A stretch of 64,000 nt of DNA from the sequence record LR756511.1, one strand, 5' to 3'. Below are positions 45,168 through 54,363 of this stretch, one piece after another; position 1 is the first letter of the stretch; each line of letters begins with the position of its first letter. The position numbers and the translations under genes were made by a program. The notes under the pieces were generated by a model that saw only the letters and a program-made list of their open reading frames with translations, made no database searches and was not told the origin of the DNA.

Positions 45168-45800
45168 TCAGTACAGCTTGAGGTATTGCGTTTTGATCGT
45201 GTGTTGTTGATTTGTATTGAGGAAATTATGGATACCGTGATAGCCTAATGTTCCTAGTTTGAAACGCTCGCATCCAAACTTGCTTGCAATATCCAGTGGC
45301 GCAACTTTAGCACCAATTTTCTGCATATTGCGGTGATAGTAGAAATCTTCCGATTCCCATTGGTAGTGGAATCGGTTGAGTATTTCTAATGTTTTGCTTC
45401 TGGATCGAATTGTTAATCCGCCGTTATATCCTCCCCACCATGAAGGCGTGCCAATCCAATCCCATTCTAAAAACTCACAAATACCCTTCTTTAATAACCC
45501 GCTATCATGCTGGAAAATTAGTATCTTTTCATGCGGAATCTTTAACCAAAATTCCTTGCTGCATAAAAGATTACTGTAACCTGCCCAAGTCAGACTATTA
45601 ATATTGAATTTCTTGGCATTGATATTTTTTACTAGATGCTCGTTATTATTGCCGTGGAAGATGTATAGTTTCCAGGTGGAATCAAGCATCCTTGTATGGT
45701 TGTATATTAGCGTTGGTAGATTTGGGAACGGTCGTGTCTCAACTATTACGGCTGCATGGATTTTCCAGCTTGGAATCAGTGAGTTCGTTAATTTGAGCAT
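45168..45800 (-). CDS. DUF5672 glycosyltransferase-like protein
   Basis: LIFQ-x-DS...WD-x-IG-x-P...NGG-x-x-IRS...EDFYY. Confidence 0.75.
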   Translation of the reverse strand: MLKLTNSLIPSWKIHAAVIVETRPFPNLPTLIYNHTRMLDSTWKLYIFHGNNNEHLVKNINAKKFNINSLTWAGYSNLLCSKEFWLKIPHEKILIFQHDSGLLKKGICEFLEWDWIGTPSWWGGYNGGLTIRSRSKTLEILNRFHYQWESEDFYYHRNMQKIGAKVAPLDIASKFGCERFKLGTLGYHGIHNFLNTNQQHTIKTQYLKLY

Positions 45801-45809
45801 TAACAGTAT

Positions 45810-46130
45810 CTAGCTGGCTTTTGTACAGCTGAGACTGTCTTTTGGATAAAATACGAGACGATCCTTATAAAATCCGCCCAAATTACTACAACTTTCAATT
45901 CTCCAGCCGTGATAGCGATTAACAATTTCTTTTAGGACAAAATGATTGGTCTGCTCTGGACAAAGAACCAGTGGCGTTGTCCCAAAACCAGCTTCGTAAG
46001 CCTTTATTAAGTCTGAATCAATTCTGCCTTCTATTGTGTCCACAATTTTAACCGCTTCTTCCTCGCTGGCCTGATCCCATTTTCTGCTCAGGCCAAACTT
46101 TTTACCTAAGTCATTTGGTTGCAATGCCAT
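45810..46130 (-). CDS. Hypothetical protein
   Basis: Tiled ORF. Confidence 0.6.
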   Translation of the reverse strand: MALQPNDLGKKFGLSRKWDQASEEEAVKIVDTIEGRIDSDLIKAYEAGFGTTPLVLCPEQTNHFVLKEIVNRYHGWRIESCSNLGGFYKDRLVFYPKDSLSCTKAS

Positions 46131-46183
46131 ACGCTTACTCCTTGCGCGGTTATTACCCTATTATTATCTTACTACGTTTCTGT

Positions 46184-46759
46184 TCAATCGCCAGTGGGTT
46201 TTTTCGGTTTTTGGCCATACCAGCCATGCACAATGAGGCGTCGGAGTTTTTTTGTGCGTGGACGGCGGTGCAACGTTCCTGGGATGTCGGGAATGCTCTT
46301 GTTTCTCCCGCTTGCGGTAATAAACAAGGTCCAGCCCAACGGAATCGGGGATTCGCCTAGCTCGGTCATTATTAACGTCGGTTCGCCCTTCATCACACAT
46401 AAAGAGCGAATATAATGGCCATCGACATGCCAGTTGCAAACTTTGCGGTCAGTCTTATGCTTTTCATTTCGAATGCTAAGACTGTCGGATTCTATGCGAA
46501 GGTTCTCATTGGGCAGGGCTTTATGTAATAATTTGTCTTGCCAGCCCACGAATTCTGTAATCCAATCGGTCATACATTCTTTTAGGGATATGTAATGACC
46601 ATATTTCTTTCCGTTTAGGGCTTTGAAAGTGAGACTTTTTTGGCTCGGCCACGTTTTACGACTTAGAAAAAGTGAAGTGTCTATTAAACTGTAGCCTTTC
46701 GTGTTCATATCCTTGGCTACACGCGATGCTAAAGACTTTGAAATAACGGGAAGAGTCAT
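46184..46759 (-). CDS. 2OG-Fe(II) oxygenase-like (DUF1826-type) protein
   Basis: WHVD...G-x-x-T...LHRRP...RRL. Confidence 0.55.
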   Translation of the reverse strand: MTLPVISKSLASRVAKDMNTKGYSLIDTSLFLSRKTWPSQKSLTFKALNGKKYGHYISLKECMTDWITEFVGWQDKLLHKALPNENLRIESDSLSIRNEKHKTDRKVCNWHVDGHYIRSLCVMKGEPTLIMTELGESPIPLGWTLFITASGRNKSIPDIPGTLHRRPRTKKLRRLIVHGWYGQKPKKPTGD

Positions 46760-46760
46760 G

Positions 46761-47150
46761 TTATTTACCTTTTATTTGTCGCCCCGCTCTTAAAAAGCGG
46801 CATTGAACGGTTCCATCGCCAACTAAAAAATAAACCTGTAACTTCCAGCCTTCTATCTTCTTTTGTTCTATTAACTCTGCAAACTCTCTAGAGGTAGGAT
46901 GATGCTTCGTCTCCACTATCCGATACGTAATATCAATACGACCATTATTATCAAGTACGTAATATTTCTCTAAGACAACTTCGGCTCGGTGTTGTATTTC
47001 TAAATCCTTATGGAAGTATGCGGCTCGTTCGACTTCATAGGATATAAGTTCATTATGGCAGCAATAATCAAATGTTTTGGTAGCGAACTCTCTGGTTTGC
47101 CAGTCATCCGCACCCATTAAAGCTATTAATAAGAATCCAATTGCATTCAT
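46761..47150 (-). CDS. Exported protein with HEAT-like DD-W-x-x-RE-x-AT motif
   Basis: Short hydrophobic N-terminus followed by ADDWQTREFATK. Confidence 0.55.
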   Translation of the reverse strand: MNAIGFLLIALMGADDWQTREFATKTFDYCCHNELISYEVERAAYFHKDLEIQHRAEVVLEKYYVLDNNGRIDITYRIVETKHHPTSREFAELIEQKKIEGWKLQVYFLVGDGTVQCRFLRAGRQIKGK

Positions 47151-47208
47151 GGCTCCGATGTTACCTGGACAAAAGCAAAAAAGCAATATTTGCGTATATA
47201 AATTTACA

Positions 47209-47667
47209 ATGGATTTCCGTGAATGGTATGACTTAAATGAGGGATTTTACTTTCCTGGGTTGAAGTTCTTCCGTCAATGGTTGTTGCCTAACACAACCAT
47301 GACCAAGAATCCTCTTTATAAGTGGTTAGAGTTGCCACAAATGACGAAAGACGCGGGCAATTACAATGCCCTATCGCAAGAAGGAAGTTCGCTTTTAAAT
47401 TCTTTGAAGGAGCGGTTGAAGTGGGCTTATGCTCAAGGTGGGGTCCATGCCGCATTACTACCATTTAATATTATGGAGCTATTGGGCAGCTTGGACAGCA
47501 AGACAGGCATGACCATTGCTACAATTGGTATTTTAGTTAATTTATATGCAGCAATTAACCAACTTGACCTTAGCCTCAGATTAAAGAAAGCGATTAATTA
47601 TAGAGCGGCAAAACAGCATTTACAGGACGTTGGCCGCGAACTAGCTAAACAGTCGCACGCTCCCTAA
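47209..47667 (+). CDS. Membrane protein with CTS-like N-terminus (MDFREWYDLNE)
   Basis: Antisense to neighbours; TATAAAT upstream. Confidence 0.65.
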   Translation: MDFREWYDLNEGFYFPGLKFFRQWLLPNTTMTKNPLYKWLELPQMTKDAGNYNALSQEGSSLLNSLKERLKWAYAQGGVHAALLPFNIMELLGSLDSKTGMTIATIGILVNLYAAINQLDLSLRLKKAINYRAAKQHLQDVGRELAKQSHAP

Positions 47668-48236
47668 CCATTTGACCACAGACGCAGCCAGTCCGTAAAG
47701 CTCTCAATTCAAATGCAAAATACCCCTTTGCGCAACTACTAGAAAATAATCTTGAGCTAATTAAGGAAGTTGAAATCCAGAAATGCATTTGCGATATTAT
47801 GGTGTTAATGCACATCGTCCATTAAATGCCTGTAAAGGGATCGCAATGCCTCTGATTCAGCCGAGAACCGTTGAATTTGTGGATGCTGGTCCAAAAACTA
47901 GAACCAATACCTATGTGGAGCATTAATCCCGTGGAAGCGAACAACTTCCCATTCGCCTTCATAGTTTTTAGAGTTTCCTGTATATTTTACCCTATCTCCA
48001 GGCTTATACACTGTCGCAGCAACTGCTGTAATGAGTTCTATATTGTTTTCTATCAGCATGGCATTATGATTAGGTTTAGTTGGATCGTTGAGTAGTTTGC
48101 AATGCCAATATCTAAGACCCTTTATAGGTTTTGCGGCACGGACAATTTCCCATTCCCCTTGAAGAGTAGGCGCCATGCCTTTGTAACGGACTTTATCACC
48201 AGCCTTAAACATTTCTTTCCCTCTCCATTTGGCCAC
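47645..48236 (-). pseudogene. Tandem SH3-like / CxC-GCxCG gene broken by an 89-bp insertion and a 117-bp inversion
   Basis: Removing the insert and re-inverting 47695-47811 gives a 167-aa open frame. Confidence 0.75.
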
Positions 48237-48263
48237 ACTTACAACCGCGTGCCATCAAATCCA

Positions 48264-48512
48264 TTACTCGCCTCGGTATTGCTTCCTTAGTTTGTCAATA
48301 GCTTCGTGATTTTTGTTCTTTTTAACGTCTACATCGCCATAATTCTTCTTTAAACTGCCAGCCTTGCCGATGTTTCCTTGAATGCCTATAAGCTTAAACT
48401 CGCCGCCAAGCTTCTGAATTGCTTGAGCGTGTTCAACACATAGCTCAGTATCAGGAATGATTTCCATACGTTCCTGGGGTATTTCTTTGCCGCAAATGGT
48501 GCAATACGTCAT
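48264..48512 (-). CDS. DksA/TraR-type zinc finger protein
   Basis: YCTICGKEIPQERMEIIPDTELCVEH. Confidence 0.7.
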   Translation of the reverse strand: MTYCTICGKEIPQERMEIIPDTELCVEHAQAIQKLGGEFKLIGIQGNIGKAGSLKKNYGDVDVKKNKNHEAIDKLRKQYRGE

Positions 48513-48526
48513 ATTTTCTCCTTAAA

Positions 48527-48647
48527 AGCTGGTAGGAGGAATTGAACCACAGTGCGTACGTAGTACTCCGTCGTGACTGTAATGAGCCGTCGCCCATATC
48601 CGTTTGATGATTAATAGTCATCTGTTCTACCGTTAAACTATACCAGC
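48527..48647 (-). tRNA. tRNA-like element (Asn-like, ATT anticodon) with 54-nt variable region; possibly pseudo-tRNA
   Basis: GCTGGTA/TACCAGC acceptor; GTTT/GAAC D-arm; GATGA-CTATTAA-TCATC; imperfect T-stem around TTCAATT. Confidence 0.6.
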
Positions 48648-48820
48648 GTCTTTCTGAATACCATAATAGAAGTCAGAATTGCAATCAAAACAGTAAAAAC
48701 AACTCCCGCTCCAAAAAAGCCCGTAATAAACGCTTGCATTGCCGCCCCAAAAAGTGCAAAGATACTGCAAAGCAGAATTACGTTGTACTCCCCATTCTGA
48801 TCTTTCCTATCTTGATCCAT
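48638..48820 (-). CDS. Small two-TM membrane protein
   Basis: Hydrophobic segments. Confidence 0.55.
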   Translation of the reverse strand: MDQDRKDQNGEYNVILLCSIFALFGAAMQAFITGFFGAGVVFTVLIAILTSIMVFRKTLV

Positions 48821-49041
48821 TCGACTTTAAACCCTTCATATTGAGTCAATGCTAATTGTTTGGCATTAGGTTTAGTGGTTGTATAAACGACCAATTCATC
48901 TTCTTTTTGCTCGCCCGCAAAGCGTTCAGGATTCGCTTTGTAAGCTTCAACATTATTCTCTCTCAATCCCACCGATTGAATATTAGTATATTTTGCTCTA
49001 AGCTCCTTCGAAAGCTTACTCCCCGCTTCTCTGAGTGTCAT
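48778..49041 (-). CDS. Hypothetical protein
   Basis: GGAG RBS. Confidence 0.6.
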   Translation of the reverse strand: MTLREAGSKLSKELRAKYTNIQSVGLRENNVEAYKANPERFAGEQKEDELVVYTTTKPNAKQLALTQYEGFKVEWIKIGKIRMGSTT

Positions 49042-49409
49042 TCGACTCTCCTTATAGTTTTAAGATAATCAGTGCTTGTTATGCGCCAGCTATCAGGATC
49101 ATCAGGAACAAGCTTCTCAATATAAATATCAAGATAAACAGTAACGTAAAGGTTCTTCTCCATGTCTGTAACCTTACATCGCACCCGCAATTTATATTGA
49201 TTGGATTCATCAACGGAAACGTTGTGTATTTTGACTACTTCTGCTCTTTTGGTGAATTTCCATGATTCGTTGTATAATGAACCATAATGTCGTGCAATCA
49301 ACTCAGCTTTAATTGCGTTCTTTAGTTCAGTTTCATCAACCTTCGGGTCGGCGGCAACTGCAAAAGTAATCCCCAAAAGAACTGGAATCGCCAAGATAAA
49401 AGTCTTCAT
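49038..49409 (-). CDS. Exported hypothetical protein
   Basis: MKTFILAIPVLLGITFAVAA signal peptide; AGGAGG RBS. Confidence 0.7.
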   Translation of the reverse strand: MKTFILAIPVLLGITFAVAADPKVDETELKNAIKAELIARHYGSLYNESWKFTKRAEVVKIHNVSVDESNQYKLRVRCKVTDMEKNLYVTVYLDIYIEKLVPDDPDSWRITSTDYLKTIRRVE

Positions 49410-49476
49410 AAAAAAACCTCCTGTAAGTCGGTCTAACTTACCAGAAGGTTTCTCGATTCGCAATCGAAAAATCGAA

Positions 49477-50184
49477 TTACGCAAACTTGTTATACTTGAA
49501 GTCATCTGACATGAGACTGCCTACTTCGTAGTCGGTATAAATACCTTCGATCACGCCTTCACCCTGACGACCTGTAGACTCGCGTGCCTTTCCGTCGAAA
49601 TCAGCAGTTTGACCGATAATACCATGTGGACGAACATTCTTGTTTAGAATGCTAGCCAGGAAGTTTAAGAAAAATCCTCGACTACCATCACTTAATGGCT
49701 CAGATGATTTAAGAACCTGAATTTCGTACGCTGGGAGACGTAAGTGTAATAAAGCTCCTTCGAATGATCCTGCATGACGAATATCTGGCGTGTCCACGTT
49801 AAATCCGTCGAAAGTAGTCTTAGGCTCAGCGAAAGCTAAGTAACCATTAGAATCAAAATCAAAAACCATTCTAGACGATAATTTCTCACCATTAAACGTA
49901 ATGAGTCCATCATTTTCCATAACTATGTAATTAAAACTGGTAGGTTGGCCCACTTTAATTCCAATTTTCTTAATGATGGTGCTTTCTGGCTCATTATTCC
50001 AATTTCCAAAAAGAGCATTGATCTGCAAATTAACATCACTTAGAAGGTTGTAGTATTTGTTTGGCTCGCCATGCAAGTCAAATCGTTCGCCCTCAAAACC
50101 ATACAGATGAGGGTCGCCAAAAAGCAATGTGGAAAGACCCGCCGCAATACAGCCTGGACAACCACTGAAAATAGGATTAGCCAC
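49477..50184 (-). CDS. VWD/root-cap-like domain protein with GDPH motif
   Basis: GDPHLYGFEGERFDLHGE...YNLLSD...HGIIGQT. Confidence 0.7.
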   Translation of the reverse strand: MANPIFSGCPGCIAAGLSTLLFGDPHLYGFEGERFDLHGEPNKYYNLLSDVNLQINALFGNWNNEPESTIIKKIGIKVGQPTSFNYIVMENDGLITFNGEKLSSRMVFDFDSNGYLAFAEPKTTFDGFNVDTPDIRHAGSFEGALLHLRLPAYEIQVLKSSEPLSDGSRGFFLNFLASILNKNVRPHGIIGQTADFDGKARESTGRQGEGVIEGIYTDYEVGSLMSDDFKYNKFA

Positions 50185-50193
50185 TCATTCTCC

Positions 50194-50880
50194 TTACACC
50201 AACAAATAATTTTCCCAAGATAACAACGTCATTGCAACACCGCCGCTCGTCGTATTAGAATTAACCGCAAACCCTATTTGATCGGCAGTCGTTGTAAAGA
50301 AATTGTTTACAGCACTAGTAAATATCGACTCAAAATTAACTCCGTCTGAACTTATAAGCCAAGAGAAGTTAGTTCCATCATTTTTTATTCTAAACCAAAC
50401 AGTCGGCCCCTTTAGCACATTGGCACTAACTTTTGTGTAATTGCCGCTCAATGTAGTTTCATTAGTAAACTTGTCTAGTGATACAAGTGTATCGCTTTTA
50501 GAATTATTTTTATCAAAAAATAAGCTCAAAAATATAATCTTAGATGTAGAACTTTCACGGAGGATTAGACCACAACTAGTATTGTTAAAGGCATCTATCT
50601 GAGGAATAAATCCAGCATCTAGACCATAGGGCGTTGCAATTGGCGCAATCGTTCTAGCATGGATGTTGTCACCCGAACTCCCTGGAGCGGGCATTGCCAG
50701 GATTATTGCACCAGCCGTAGCATCCACGGTAGCTGAACCTTGATTTAGCCAAGCAAAGCTTCCCGCTGGCACCACCAATTGATTAAGCAAGCCCCATTTA
50801 ACCCACATGCTGCCATCATCATGATAGAAATGCCAGCCTGGGGTTTCGTCAAACCATATTCTTCCTGCTGCGTCTGCCAT
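50194..50880 (-). CDS. Putative virion beta-sandwich (ConA/lectin-like) protein, paralog 3
   Basis: W-x-NQGSATV, GL-x-LRES, SA-x-VLKGP-x-x-WF shared with 52268 and 53278. Confidence 0.65.
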   Translation of the reverse strand: MADAAGRIWFDETPGWHFYHDDGSMWVKWGLLNQLVVPAGSFAWLNQGSATVDATAGAIILAMPAPGSSGDNIHARTIAPIATPYGLDAGFIPQIDAFNNTSCGLILRESSTSKIIFLSLFFDKNNSKSDTLVSLDKFTNETTLSGNYTKVSANVLKGPTVWFRIKNDGTNFSWLISSDGVNFESIFTSAVNNFFTTTADQIGFAVNSNTTSGGVAMTLLSWENYLLV

Positions 50881-50882
50881 AA

Positions 50883-52235
50883 TTATAACCCATTACCTTG
50901 TGCCGCTCCCGCCTGTGGTCGCTGCGGAGGCTGACCTTGTGGAGCATAATTATTAAATAGAACCTTTTTACCCTGCCATGTCATAACCGCTGTTATACAA
51001 GAGCCAGTTGGATGTTCCGCTTGAGTAGAAATTAACCTCGTAGCAGTCCAATCAGATGTAAAAACGGTTGCATTTAAATTAACATTTGTATATTCGATAG
51101 CTGTAACTTTAAACAACTCGTTGTCTATCTTGCAATAAAATGGTGGAGCAGGCCACTGTAAGCCTAATTTGCCTCCACATTTATCGACAATTGGTTGGTC
51201 CACAATTGTATTATAAACTGTAAACGTAATTTCGTCGTCAACATTACCGTTTGGAATATCAGAGCTAGTATATGTTGTCAAGCACTGAATAATTGTATAA
51301 GGGTCAGGAGTAGTCGTCAAATCCCCCGAATTTGCAAACAAAAACCAAGATATACAGTTATTGCTAGTTCTTAAATAGGTTTGATTGCCATTGCTCGGTA
51401 ATAGCTTTATACCTTTTACGTCTTTCCAAGAAATAGTTGTTCCGTATTTAGGCCAAGCATTATTAGGTGGACGCCAAGGAATATTATTGATGGTTACATT
51501 TGTGCCGCCTAAAGAGGGGTGAACGTCGCCTGTAACCCATGTGCAATGACCATTAGAGTTATAGAAGCCTACAGGTGTACCAGCATTATAAAAAGTGGTA
51601 AAATTAAACCCAAATTGGTTTGCACCACCCCAAATGCCAGGATTATTGTCAATCAACACGGCTCCCGAATACAAATTTACCTGCCTTACTTTCGCCTTCG
51701 CGGGAGCATTATTGTTTGCATACTCATAAGCAACAAACAATGCCGCTCCTTGACTGCTTTGGCATCCAGGCAAACGGCACCCATCAAATCCAATTGGTTG
51801 ACCAAGATCAACAGGAATACCATTGATTGCGTAAGTTCCATTACCATTAACAATGTTGTCCCCCGCTGGGCCTACATCAAATGCATATACTCTATTTCTT
51901 AAATAGGTTGTGTTTTCTGGTCCTAAGTTCTGCCAGCAAGTTGAATTACATAATCCAAATGGTGTATCAGTAAGAGGAGTCGAAGGCGTGTTTTTACCAA
52001 ACCCAATAATAGGATCAGGCTGATTATTAGATTGATAAGTGTTTACCAATAACCATGCATTTGATACAGTTGCTCCACGCGGAATACTTCTAAGATAGAA
52101 GGTTCCTGTTCCTGTGTTCCTAGTGCCAGCTACAACAACCACATAATCGCCGTAAGTAGGCTCTTGCTCTAATAAAATACCCAAATTCTGCACATAAACC
52201 GCAGATGGATTGGGTGCTGTTGGACATAGTGCCAT
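50883..52235 (-). CDS. Putative virion structural / tail-associated protein
   Basis: N/G/T-rich 450 aa; C-terminal F-x-x-KIDNE...V-x-A...TR module like the N-termini of neighbours. Confidence 0.6.
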   Translation of the reverse strand: MALCPTAPNPSAVYVQNLGILLEQEPTYGDYVVVVAGTRNTGTGTFYLRSIPRGATVSNAWLLVNTYQSNNQPDPIIGFGKNTPSTPLTDTPFGLCNSTCWQNLGPENTTYLRNRVYAFDVGPAGDNIVNGNGTYAINGIPVDLGQPIGFDGCRLPGCQSSQGAALFVAYEYANNNAPAKAKVRQVNLYSGAVLIDNNPGIWGGANQFGFNFTTFYNAGTPVGFYNSNGHCTWVTGDVHPSLGGTNVTINNIPWRPPNNAWPKYGTTISWKDVKGIKLLPSNGNQTYLRTSNNCISWFLFANSGDLTTTPDPYTIIQCLTTYTSSDIPNGNVDDEITFTVYNTIVDQPIVDKCGGKLGLQWPAPPFYCKIDNELFKVTAIEYTNVNLNATVFTSDWTATRLISTQAEHPTGSCITAVMTWQGKKVLFNNYAPQGQPPQRPQAGAAQGNGL

Positions 52236-52267
52236 AATAAACCTATATTAGTATAAAATTACAAAAT

Positions 52268-53275
52268 CTACGACAAATTAAGCACAACCATAGCGGCACT
52301 ACCATTAGCATCATTGCTTGACAAACAATAACCAAATTGATCTGGCGCCGTTGTAAAATAGTCTGTTATTGTAGTCGTTAGCACTGTCGTAAAGTTTACA
52401 TTATTATTAGAATACTTGAATGTTAAATTGCTGTCGTCATTACCAATCTGGAACCAAATGAGCGGACCCTTCAACACTGATGCTGAAATGCCTACATATG
52501 TGCCAGCAGGCGTCGTAGGATTGGCATATTTGTCCACCGAAACTACCATATCCGTATTAGTAAGACTCGTAGCGGTGTCAAATAACAGCCTCAGAAAAAC
52601 AACCTTGCCAGTAGCACTCTCTCTCAAAACTAATCCAACACACGTTTGATTAGCAGGGTAAAGAGTTGCTAAGAATCCAGCCGTAAATGTATATGGAGTA
52701 GCAGGCGTGGTCTTCAAATACATCATCAAATTAGCTGGATTAACACCAACGCCAGGACTTCCAAATGCTAAACCGCCATCGGTAGTCACCACGGTAGCCG
52801 ATCCCTGATTGACCCAGCTAAAACCAGTCGTAGTAGGCTCAGTAAGAGTAAATAGTGGTCCCCATGTCTGCCAGCCGCCAAAATCAGTGCTAGCATCTCT
52901 ATTCAAATAAAAGCTGGTATCATTAAACCAAAGCCTTCCAGGGAAATCAGTAGTAGCAGCAGGGCGAGCGGAAAAGTTCCCCTCTTGACAATAACACCAC
53001 GTTGTATTATTCAAACCTTCTAAGGTAAAAACGTTAGCAATGTCAAGACCCGCCGCATGAAATACAGCCGTAGTGCTTTCTTCCGCTCTCGTTACCGTGA
53101 AAGTATTTCCCGTAACGCCCGTTACCAACATAATCTCATCTTCGACCCTCACTCGAAAAGGAGTTTGAGTCGGGAAACTAGTAACATCTAAAACCAAAAT
53201 AGTTGTATCAGATATTTGACAATCATTAACTATTGTGGACTTACTATTATTACCGAAATATTCGCAGAATGCCAT
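52268..53275 (-). CDS. Putative tail fibre / receptor-binding protein, paralog 2
   Basis: DTTI-x-V...FP...F-x-V-x-V-x-DEIMLVT...TVTRAEE-x-T N-module plus lectin-like C-domain. Confidence 0.7.
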   Translation of the reverse strand: MAFCEYFGNNSKSTIVNDCQISDTTILVLDVTSFPTQTPFRVRVEDEIMLVTGVTGNTFTVTRAEESTTAVFHAAGLDIANVFTLEGLNNTTWCYCQEGNFSARPAATTDFPGRLWFNDTSFYLNRDASTDFGGWQTWGPLFTLTEPTTTGFSWVNQGSATVVTTDGGLAFGSPGVGVNPANLMMYLKTTPATPYTFTAGFLATLYPANQTCVGLVLRESATGKVVFLRLLFDTATSLTNTDMVVSVDKYANPTTPAGTYVGISASVLKGPLIWFQIGNDDSNLTFKYSNNNVNFTTVLTTTITDYFTTAPDQFGYCLSSNDANGSAAMVVLNLS

Positions 53276-53277
53276 AC

Positions 53278-54342
53278 TTATGCCTTATACCAAGAATATA
53301 TGTTCATGCCAGAACCGCCCGTTGTATTATTTGTACCAAATGCAAACCCAATTGTATCTGGCCCACTTGTCAAGAAGTCTGTCCTTGACCGCGAATCAAA
53401 TAATACGAACGAATAGCCATCATTAGAAAAATACCACTTTAAATTAGTACCATCATCCTCAATAACGAAAAAGATCACCGATCCCATCAATGTAGCCGCA
53501 CTCAGCTTCGTATAATTAGAATTGAAGGTGTTTGGATCATCATACTTGTCTAATGATATGACAAGATTGCCGTTAGAAACAACGTTAGTGGTATCATATT
53601 CAATTTTAAAATAGATAAACTTATCTGTCGCACTATCTCTAAACACTACGCCGCAAGAAGTCTGATCTGCGGGATATAAAGTAGGCGTAAATGCTATTAC
53701 AACAGAATAAGGTGGGGAGGTAGGTGCCTCTTCGTTTACAGGCGTGACAAATAACTTTAAATTAGTGCCAGCGCCAACATTAGCCCCTACGCCCAAACAA
53801 AGCGAACCATTTTCAGAATTACCGCCAGCGATAGGATTTACAGTATCGTCCTCATTTACCCATTGCCAAATAGGATCAAATGTCGTTTGATTTATTGCGT
53901 CGAAATTTCGATAATCATTAAAGGTGAATGTCGGTCCCCAAGCATTCCATGAGACTCCATCTTCACGATAGACAAACCAGCCTGGACCTTGGGTTAAATA
54001 AATACGACCATTCATGCCAGGAGCGGGTAGATTTGCTCTGGTATCGCTAGAAAAGCGGCAGGAACTCCAGGCGTTAAAACTGCCTTGAGTAAAGACATTA
54101 GCAACAAGTGAGCCTGTCGTATGGGCAACAGCCGTGGTATCTTCTTCGGCTCGCGTGACAGTCCACGTTGTTGTCATTTCTCCCGCCGTTACGAGCATGA
54201 TTTCATCATCAATCATGATACGAAACGGAGAAGCAGGGAATCCTGTATTAGAAGCGACTTGAATTGTAGTGTCGCTAATAGTAACATTAGCCGCCAACGT
54301 CGTTGTCGGATAATTCGCAAAATTTTCGCATACAATAGCCAT
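53278..54342 (-). CDS. Putative tail fibre / receptor-binding protein, paralog 1
   Basis: Same two-domain architecture as 52268-53275. Confidence 0.7.
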   Translation of the reverse strand: MAIVCENFANYPTTTLAANVTISDTTIQVASNTGFPASPFRIMIDDEIMLVTAGEMTTTWTVTRAEEDTTAVAHTTGSLVANVFTQGSFNAWSSCRFSSDTRANLPAPGMNGRIYLTQGPGWFVYREDGVSWNAWGPTFTFNDYRNFDAINQTTFDPIWQWVNEDDTVNPIAGGNSENGSLCLGVGANVGAGTNLKLFVTPVNEEAPTSPPYSVVIAFTPTLYPADQTSCGVVFRDSATDKFIYFKIEYDTTNVVSNGNLVISLDKYDDPNTFNSNYTKLSAATLMGSVIFFVIEDDGTNLKWYFSNDGYSFVLFDSRSRTDFLTSGPDTIGFAFGTNNTTGGSGMNIYSWYKA

Positions 54343-54363
54343 ACCCTACAATAGTAAATTATC

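Larger units (their letters stand above)
44399..47899. repeat. 89-bp exact direct duplication (44399-44487 and 47811-47899)
   Basis: CACATCGTCC...CCAAAAACT identical at both sites. Confidence 0.95.

Noticed and set aside
44399-47899. 89-bp duplicate as a DGR template/variable repeat pair
   Set aside because: The copies are identical with no adenine-specific mismatches, there is no reverse transcriptase, and the copy disrupts a gene.
43820-47900. Genome-wide TAG recoding (code 15)
   Set aside because: TAG ends many genes right before hairpins or leaders (3152, 13083, 15938, 18626). The 47898 TAG is created by the insertion junction; only 43820 is unexplained.
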